NCBI GenBank assembly: GCA_016201405.1
Contig: JACQCZ010000016.1
Location: forward strand, 23,798 to 87,797
Length of the DNA stretch: 64,000 nucleotides
Source of the DNA: Candidatus Acetothermia bacterium
GTDB taxonomy: Bacteria > Bipolaricaulota > Bipolaricaulia > RBG-16-55-9
Reading direction: 5' to 3'
Part shown: positions 58,133-64,000 of the stretch, piece after piece
How positions within the stretch are numbered: position 1 is the first letter of the stretch
Layout: each line of letters begins with the position of its first letter
Translations under genes and position numbers: made by a program
The notes under the pieces: generated by a model
Databases searched by the model: none
Told to the model about the DNA's origin: nothing
Seen by the model: only the letters and a program-made list of their open reading frames with translations

Positions 58133-59209
58133 ATGATAGATCTGGGCAAGCTCTTGAAAGAGCTATCTCTGGCTTTGGGAATTTTCATTTCCTGCATCTT
58201 GGGCATACAAACGCTCGCTCTAGCTCAAACCACTACAACCCCTGAACTCAAAGCAAAGGTCGTTGTGGATGATGCACAGATTCCTCAGGGGCAGGACGCG
58301 ATCATCAAAGTGACTCTGACCGATGACCCCGCCAAGCGAGGGCTAGTCAGCTTCCAGGGATCTGTCAGCTATGACCCGAACGTGATCACAGTGCTAGAGG
58401 TTCTCTTCCCAACTGAGTGCCCGGTCTGGGCTGCCAATATTCAGGCTGGGCTAGTCAGATTCGCCGCCACCAAGTGCTCCGGGAACAAAGGGGATGTCAA
58501 AGTGGGTGAGCTCTTCCGGCTGCACATCAAGGCCGTAGGGCCTCCAGGCTCAACCACGACGCTAAACCCAACGTTTGATATTTTTGATGATTTTGATTTC
58601 AAGTTCATTCCGTATGAAGTGGATCCAGGGGTTATTGTCATCACAGGTGGGACTGCGAATATACCTCCAGTTGCCGATTTTGATTACACACCTCACAGTC
58701 CAACAGAGAAAGACACAATCAAGTTTATAGATCAGTCCCATGATCCTGATGGCAGCGTTGTGAAGTGGAATTGGGATTTTGGTGACGGCAGCAAACTGGA
58801 TGTACAAACGGCTTCGCATAAATACGCAACGGCAGGCTCATACAACGTCACACTGACCGTGACGGATAATGGCGGTGCCACAAACGCCGTCACAAAACCC
58901 GTCGTCGTGAGAAATTCCGGTCCAATGGGCTTTGTCTGTCTTAACTATCCAAATCCAGTGCGCGTCAGCACGACCTTTGTCTGCGGGCTTCCGAATGGAG
59001 CTACACAGGCAACGTTGCGAATTTACAATCTGACCGGGCGTTTGGTAAAGAGCCAGGATCTTGACATCCATCATCCTGAGTATCTATGGAATCTCAAAGA
59101 TGACCAAGGGAACGATCTGCCTAATGGCCCGTACTTCTATCTAGTACAGGCAGTGACCCCCGGAGGCGTGCAGCTAACGCGCGTGGAGGTGCTGATCATC
59201 GAACGATGA
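58133..59209 (+). CDS. Secreted cohesin-like, PKD-domain and T9SS-CTD protein (paralog of 56046-57131)
   Basis: Signal peptide from MIDLGKLL... (the ATG at 58133 is favoured over the TTG at 58100). Cohesin-like domain (QGQDAIIKVTLTDDPAKRGLVSFQGSVSYDPNVITVLEV). PKD domain (WNWDFGDGSKLDVQTASHKYATAGSYNVTLTVTDNGG). CTD (NYPNPVRVSTTFVC...NGPYFYLVQAVTPGGVQLTRVEVLIIER). Confidence 0.75.
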   Translation: MIDLGKLLKELSLALGIFISCILGIQTLALAQTTTTPELKAKVVVDDAQIPQGQDAIIKVTLTDDPAKRGLVSFQGSVSYDPNVITVLEVLFPTECPVWAANIQAGLVRFAATKCSGNKGDVKVGELFRLHIKAVGPPGSTTTLNPTFDIFDDFDFKFIPYEVDPGVIVITGGTANIPPVADFDYTPHSPTEKDTIKFIDQSHDPDGSVVKWNWDFGDGSKLDVQTASHKYATAGSYNVTLTVTDNGGATNAVTKPVVVRNSGPMGFVCLNYPNPVRVSTTFVCGLPNGATQATLRIYNLTGRLVKSQDLDIHHPEYLWNLKDDQGNDLPNGPYFYLVQAVTPGGVQLTRVEVLIIER

Positions 59210-60210
59210 AATCCCTACGAGTTCTTTCGCTCTTTCTAATTGGGCTGTTTATATTCGCATCAAGCGATGGCTATGCCCAGCGGCTAGTCGGGCTTTTCGA
59301 CCTAGAACAGGGAGTCCGCGCTGCCGCAATGGGTGGAGCCTATGTCGGGCTTGCAGAGGGGGATTGGGCACTCTACTACAATCCCGCCGGGCTGGCCTAT
59401 CTGCATGAGCTTCACCTGAGCGGCATGTACGAGAGTCGGTTCTCTCGCGCAGATCAGGGAATCTTCACCATGGCCGTACCCAACTTTGCGGGACAGCTGC
59501 TCTTCCTCACCGTCAATGGTGCAGTGCGGCGAGATGATACAGGCAAAGACCTGGGACTCATTCCCTACTCGCAGTTTGGATTGCTTCTCGGAGCCGGCTT
59601 CTCTCTCAGCGATTTTGTCGAGAATAGCGACTTTGGTGGACTCAGCATCGGCAGCCAGCTAAAGTTCTACTCAATCAGCACAGACACCCCCGGCCAAGGA
59701 GCTTCCATCTCCATCACGCCCAGCGCGATGTGGTCGGAAGAGCGCGTGATGTTTGGCGATCTGCCACTCCAAGTCTTGCGCTTTGGAGTCATTGCTCCGG
59801 ATCTTCTAAGCCTAGGCTTTTCATACGGGAGTGGCCATCACGAAAGCTGGGGGCCCGGGTTGCGCTTCGGTGCATCTGCCAGCACACCGGATGGCCTCAC
59901 CTTCGCTGCGGACCTCGATGCCCTGGGCAGCTTCAGCCTTGGCGCAGAGTGGCTCTATCGGGGCTTAGAACTGGGCGATCTTGGACAGGCCGATGTCAGT
60001 ATCCGTGGAGGACTCAAGAATATTGGCAGCATTCTAACCCCAAGCATCGGCTTCGGGCTCCGTTTGGGAGATCTTCGTGTGGATTACGCGCTCATTATTC
60101 ATCCTGATCTTCCCGATGTTCACAGATTCTCAATCTCTGGCGTCTTTGGCCCGCCAAACTTCCTGCTTTGTGCGCTGCGCCCTGCGGTCTGTCCTAGGGA
60201 CGACCCATAG
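59206..60210 (+). CDS. Outer-membrane beta-barrel protein, FadL/PorV-like (paralog of 57128-58084)
   Basis: Signal peptide. N-terminal motif EQGVRAAAMGGAYVGLAEGDWALYYNPAGLAYL. The C-terminal region ...VDYALIIHPDLPDVHRFSISGVF is paralogous to the first barrel. ATGA overlap with the upstream gene. Confidence 0.55.
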   Translation: MKSLRVLSLFLIGLFIFASSDGYAQRLVGLFDLEQGVRAAAMGGAYVGLAEGDWALYYNPAGLAYLHELHLSGMYESRFSRADQGIFTMAVPNFAGQLLFLTVNGAVRRDDTGKDLGLIPYSQFGLLLGAGFSLSDFVENSDFGGLSIGSQLKFYSISTDTPGQGASISITPSAMWSEERVMFGDLPLQVLRFGVIAPDLLSLGFSYGSGHHESWGPGLRFGASASTPDGLTFAADLDALGSFSLGAEWLYRGLELGDLGQADVSIRGGLKNIGSILTPSIGFGLRLGDLRVDYALIIHPDLPDVHRFSISGVFGPPNFLLCALRPAVCPRDDP

Positions 60211-63200
60211 AGAAGTCGCGTCCGAACTGGAATTCAACGACGAAACTGTCGCGTGAATCTTTCGAGTTGACTCCATTGAGGTTGAAGAGATAGACGGAAG
60301 TGACTGTAGAAGTCCAATCTGGCATCGGCTCAAAATCACTCTTCAACGTGACTTCGCCGTCCAGCTCATTGAGGGGTTGTCCTGATTGAGTCCCCTCAGA
60401 ATAGTCAAACTCAGTGGAAAGACTCGGCGTAAACCCAGGGAAGAACTCGTAATGCAAGGTCTGCTGTAATGAATAGCTGATCTGCTCATCACGATCCATG
60501 GATTTGTAATCTCGTGAAAGCAGGAGGTCTGCGCTAAGTGGACCTGCCGACTGCCAGTTCATCTGAAGGGATACGCTATATTGTCCACTCACTTTCCGGC
60601 CAAAGAGTGGATGGATCAACGTATCAAGACTTCCATTAAACGTAAGAACAGGCCGCACCTGCCCAAAATCGAGAAGATTGAGATTGACAGATAGAGAGTC
60701 TTGAAAGCGTGTGAGCTGGTTGCGTTGTTGTTCAGTAAAGCTCCTGCGATAGCGTATCTGTCCATCAATTCCCGCCAGACCCCCATCCAAACTTCCCTCT
60801 CCCAGCCATTGCAGGCTAGAATCTGACCCAAAGGGATCGATTACTCCTGCCGTGAAATTGAGGCGGGGCGAGAAATGGAGGTCACGCAGGGTCATTGTCG
60901 TTGTGCTGAGGGTAAACTGTGCATTTTGAGTGAGCGTGCTCTCTCCTCCACCCGCAGAGGGGATCCGCGCGTTGCCATGAAAATCGGAAGAGAGCGTCAG
61001 CGAGAGCATGTCAAGGGGGATCGTGCGGTTCCAACTCACCTGCCAATCCAACTGGTGTTGGCTAGAAAACTCGCCATAGCGCCACATTGATGGGAGGCGA
61101 TATCCTGTTTTGAGTTGCAAGCCAGGCATAATTTCAATGCTGACTCCCCCACTCAAGGTGCTGGACGAGTTGGAATAGGCTGGGCGCTTCAAATCGACCA
61201 GATCGTCGATTGTGTACCCCAAGCTCACGGCGAGCTTGTTGCTAAAGAAATTCTGCTGGAGAGTCATGTCCATAGAGTGCACCTTCTGATCAAACCCTTC
61301 TTGTTTGAAATCCCGGTCAACCTGTCTCAAATTCGACTCGATGTGGATCTGTGGGCCACCTCCATCGGGGGTGAACGCAAATTCAATCAAATCCGAGATC
61401 GTGAGATTGGGTAAGTGATAACGGTCAAACAACCCCTCTTGGTGAGTAGCGCGAAGATTGAGGAAAGGAGTGATCGGATAGACTCCACTAAGGTTGAGAC
61501 TGATGTGGTCTTGGCGATTCAGAGTCCCAACGGGAGAGAAAGCTGGCGTGACTCCTTCCAAATAGCCTTCCAGATGCAAATCGCCCAACATCTTTCTCAG
61601 CAATAATCTGCCATAGATTCCCTGGTCAGTATGCCCATCGGGAGAGATGTCTTGAAAGCGGTGATCCGCCCGGCCACTCAGATGAGTCTCCACTTCCTGA
61701 TAGAGACGCACATTGGAGGGCGTATGGACATTGTAGAGGAAGAGCTGATAATTCTCGTTGGCGACTCCTCCTGCCCAAATCGAATCAGTCGTGCCAGCCA
61801 CCGCCGTAACTGCGTGACCTTCTGCAATTTTGACCCGCCCGCTCTTGACCCCATAGAGGCCCGTATTGGTCCCATACCAAAGCTCCCCAGTGAGAACTCC
61901 AACGCTGCGTACAAATTGGTCAGAGACGGGCCAGCCAACGCCCACCCCGCCTTGCAGAGCGCGGACTCCCTGATCTGTGGCTGCATAGACGACATCACTG
62001 TCTTCTGCCAAATCTCGAATAGCAACACCTTGAAGCTCAGGGACGGAACGCAAATATTTGAGATCGGAATCTAGAATCGCAAGCCCGTGGTCGGTGCCAA
62101 TATAGAGCCACCCGGCCGCCGCTCCGAGTTTGAGTATGCGATCGCTGGGCAGCTCTCGGTACTCTTTTCGCTGATAATACTTCCATTTGAGCACGCTGGA
62201 GATCTGTTCAATGCGTACTTGCCCCAGTGCCGTATCAGAGCCAACCCAGAGAACCCCATCGTGTAAGAGAACAGCATTGAGCTTCTCTCCCGGCACGCCA
62301 TCTCGCTCATCGTAGGACTTCCAATTTCGTTTTCGGGCAAAGCTAGGCATAGGATTTCCGGAATCGAGCTTTAAAACAGTCAAGCCTCCAGATGTGGCGA
62401 AGACCAACTGATCTCCTTCATAGGCAATGTCATAGACCTCTTGACCGGCAAGACCCTCCCGAATCCCGTAATTGGTCCAATTGGCTCCATCAAAGAGAGT
62501 AAGGCCATTTCGATGTCCAATCAGCACCAGGGGCCAGCCGTCATGAGCAATCACTCGGATCACATGCGTGAAGTTTGGCTGGTTGGCTCGCTCATTGTTG
62601 TCGGATGGGAATCGGTTCTGGGCCACTCCAAGATCAAAGGCCCCGTCTAAAAGGCCTCCTTGGAATTTCCCGCTGACACCCAAAACGGTATCCGTATTGG
62701 GCATTGTTTCGAGCGTCTCAGGGTCTACTCCTTGCTTGAGGGCATCATGAGCTTGCAAAAGATCAATATCGAGCTGCAGACCGCTATTAGGTTCCAGATG
62801 CATGCTGAGACTGTTGAAGGTCCTTCCAAAATCGCTGATCCCCAACAGGCCACCACGTGCTGTCTCATACTCAACACGCAACACGTCATCTTTCCCAAGA
62901 GGATTGAAGAGAACGAGCACTCCATTATCGTACTGCATTATATAATCGACATTGCTCTGTAAGAGACGCCCGTTCAAATAGACCTTCTCGCTGTTTTTGA
63001 GAACGGTCAACCCCAGGATGTAGACGCCCGTGCCAGTCTGATAGGAAAAGGTCACCTTGACGCCTGCATCTTTATTATCAAAGAACTCCGGCGGGACCTG
63101 GAGCTCCAAAACCCCGACACTGGGAAAGACGTGAGTCTCATAGTGGGTCAGAGTCGGGTCATGAACATCGAGGAAATCATTCCCATTAGTCGTGACTTCA

Positions 63201-64000
63201 ATATGAACGGTATCTTCTTGGACGTCTTTGACATGAAGAGAATAGAATCTCTGGTTGGAGCTGTCTTTAGTCGTAAATGATTGGTCATCCACTCGAATTT
63301 GGGTATGCAATGCAAGCTCTTTGAGAAATTCCTGCTCAAAATCGGTGTCTTGGTTAAATGGATATTCTTTCTGCTGATCTGAAGAGAGCTTCTGCTCTGA
63401 GTTATAATCATCTATTAAATCAAATAGCTTTTCGCGCAAGATGGAAAGATAGGGAGAATTGAGAGCAAGAAAATACTCTTTCTCTTCAGGAATGACTGCA
63501 TAGAGGGTTGGATCCAAATCCGATTCGGGAGCCTTGGCGATGGCATCATTCAGATAATCCAAGTCATATTGCTTTAAGATATCTCGCAGTCCGGAGTCTG
63601 CCAAAAAACCGAGCTTCACCACAGTAAACCCCTCTACGAAATTGGGCCCCAATGAAAAATATTCCAAGCCCTTGAGACTCGTACCATAAGGCTCCGTCGT
63701 AAACGCCTGATTGGGATCGTGATAGGAGAACGTAATAGAACTCTCAACAGTATTGCCGCGAAAGGTCTTTGTCTCTAAGTTTCCAGTGATCTGAGAATGG
63801 ATCCCGCTCAACGTAACGTGCTCGCTCAAGTTCCAATCCACCTTGATTCCCTTAAGCAGCCGGGAGGCGTACGCAAAAGGGCTGTCCTCGCGGGCCATGG
63901 GAAAATCCCCATACTCCGCCTTCCAGGTCTTGGCCTCCCACAACATCCGAACCGACTGCAAGAAATCAGGTTGAGTCGTATCGAGCTGCGCAATAAGTGA
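60194..64000 (-). CDS. Very large (more than 1255 aa, 5' end beyond window) secreted/outer-membrane-associated protein with Reg_prop-type beta-propeller repeats and a C-terminal beta-barrel-like region
   Basis: The minus-strand frame is open through nt 64000. The reported TTG at 63961 is an ORF-caller artefact. The central region has repeated ...LW(V/Y)G(T/S)xxGL...-type propeller blades (LWVGSDTALGQV, LYIGTDHGLAILD, LWYGTNTGLYGVK). The C-terminal 450 aa are rich in alternating polar/hydrophobic strands. Confidence 0.45.
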   Translation of the reverse strand, partial: SLIAQLDTTQPDFLQSVRMLWEAKTWKAEYGDFPMAREDSPFAYASRLLKGIKVDWNLSEHVTLSGIHSQITGNLETKTFRGNTVESSITFSYHDPNQAFTTEPYGTSLKGLEYFSLGPNFVEGFTVVKLGFLADSGLRDILKQYDLDYLNDAIAKAPESDLDPTLYAVIPEEKEYFLALNSPYLSILREKLFDLIDDYNSEQKLSSDQQKEYPFNQDTDFEQEFLKELALHTQIRVDDQSFTTKDSSNQRFYSLHVKDVQEDTVHIEVTTNGNDFLDVHDPTLTHYETHVFPSVGVLELQVPPEFFDNKDAGVKVTFSYQTGTGVYILGLTVLKNSEKVYLNGRLLQSNVDYIMQYDNGVLVLFNPLGKDDVLRVEYETARGGLLGISDFGRTFNSLSMHLEPNSGLQLDIDLLQAHDALKQGVDPETLETMPNTDTVLGVSGKFQGGLLDGAFDLGVAQNRFPSDNNERANQPNFTHVIRVIAHDGWPLVLIGHRNGLTLFDGANWTNYGIREGLAGQEVYDIAYEGDQLVFATSGGLTVLKLDSGNPMPSFARKRNWKSYDERDGVPGEKLNAVLLHDGVLWVGSDTALGQVRIEQISSVLKWKYYQRKEYRELPSDRILKLGAAAGWLYIGTDHGLAILDSDLKYLRSVPELQGVAIRDLAEDSDVVYAATDQGVRALQGGVGVGWPVSDQFVRSVGVLTGELWYGTNTGLYGVKSGRVKIAEGHAVTAVAGTTDSIWAGGVANENYQLFLYNVHTPSNVRLYQEVETHLSGRADHRFQDISPDGHTDQGIYGRLLLRKMLGDLHLEGYLEGVTPAFSPVGTLNRQDHISLNLSGVYPITPFLNLRATHQEGLFDRYHLPNLTISDLIEFAFTPDGGGPQIHIESNLRQVDRDFKQEGFDQKVHSMDMTLQQNFFSNKLAVSLGYTIDDLVDLKRPAYSNSSSTLSGGVSIEIMPGLQLKTGYRLPSMWRYGEFSSQHQLDWQVSWNRTIPLDMLSLTLSSDFHGNARIPSAGGGESTLTQNAQFTLSTTTMTLRDLHFSPRLNFTAGVIDPFGSDSSLQWLGEGSLDGGLAGIDGQIRYRRSFTEQQRNQLTRFQDSLSVNLNLLDFGQVRPVLTFNGSLDTLIHPLFGRKVSGQYSVSLQMNWQSAGPLSADLLLSRDYKSMDRDEQISYSLQQTLHYEFFPGFTPSLSTEFDYSEGTQSGQPLNELDGEVTLKSDFEPMPDWTSTVTSVYLFNLNGVNSKDSRDSFVVEFQFGRDFSMGRP

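Noticed and set aside
57128-60210. Calling the two beta-barrels PorP/SprF
   Set aside because: Their N-terminal motif (GGA.VGLADD..A.YYNPAGLA) fits the FadL/PorV-type start, not the PorP/SprF signature. They are kept as generic FadL/PorV-like OM barrels.
63959-63961. TTG reported as the start of the 1255-aa ORF
   Set aside because: The minus-strand frame continues open to the window edge (…SLIAQLDTTQPDF upstream). The gene is therefore 5'-truncated, not TTG-initiated.
1-64000. CRISPR arrays, tRNA/rRNA genes, transposases/integrases, prophage genes
   Set aside because: No regularly spaced direct repeats were found. No tRNA-like cloverleaf candidates or rRNA-like stretches were seen. No DDE/tyrosine-recombinase-like translations appear in any frame.

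Overview
This 64 kb window reads as bacterial chromosome with about 50% GC and dense, mostly minus-strand operons. Many gene junctions overlap by 4 nt (ATGA/GTGA). There are no rRNA, tRNA, CRISPR or transposase signals. It falls into three blocks.

(1) Positions ~1.9-35 kb hold a very large surface-polysaccharide locus. It combines a Pgl/diNAcBac-like cassette (CapD/PglF-type dehydratase, DegT aminotransferase, PglD/NeuD acetyltransferase, PglC-type phosphoglycosyltransferase), WecB, and a complete WbpA-B/D-E-I pathway for UDP-2,3-diacetamido-2,3-dideoxy-mannuronate in which the WbpB dehydrogenase is fused to the WbpD acetyltransferase. It also carries GT4 glycosyltransferases, AsnB, a CE4-like deacetylase and a FemAB-like acyltransferase. 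A sulfation module is present: a fused ATP sulfurylase/APS kinase, a sulfotransferase, a SAM methyltransferase and a third DegT aminotransferase. Two Wzx flippases, a Wzy-like protein, a Wzz-like protein, an AlkP-family enzyme, a wHTH regulator and an embedded Asn-rich T9SS-type secreted protein complete the block.

(2) Housekeeping genes: rluB-like, ribH-ribBA-ribE, yidC-jag and an aldehyde dehydrogenase.

(3) Two unusual systems. (a) A six-gene, translationally coupled operon encodes a Rieske protein, a split cytochrome b6, RnfC, RnfD, an RnfB-like protein with a plant-type 2Fe-2S domain, and a 2Fe-2S ferredoxin fused to a cytochrome b subunit-IV-like domain. This is a Rieske/cyt b complex chimeric with an Rnf NADH module, with no RnfA/E/G. 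(b) A cluster of six secreted proteins with T9SS-type C-terminal sorting domains carries cohesin-like and dockerin-like modules. One is a 7-blade FG-GAP integrin-like propeller. Two cohesin-PKD cargo genes are each translationally coupled to a FadL/PorV-like outer-membrane beta-barrel gene. A very large, 5'-partial propeller/beta-barrel protein follows.

All calls come from reading the translations. No database searches were run.
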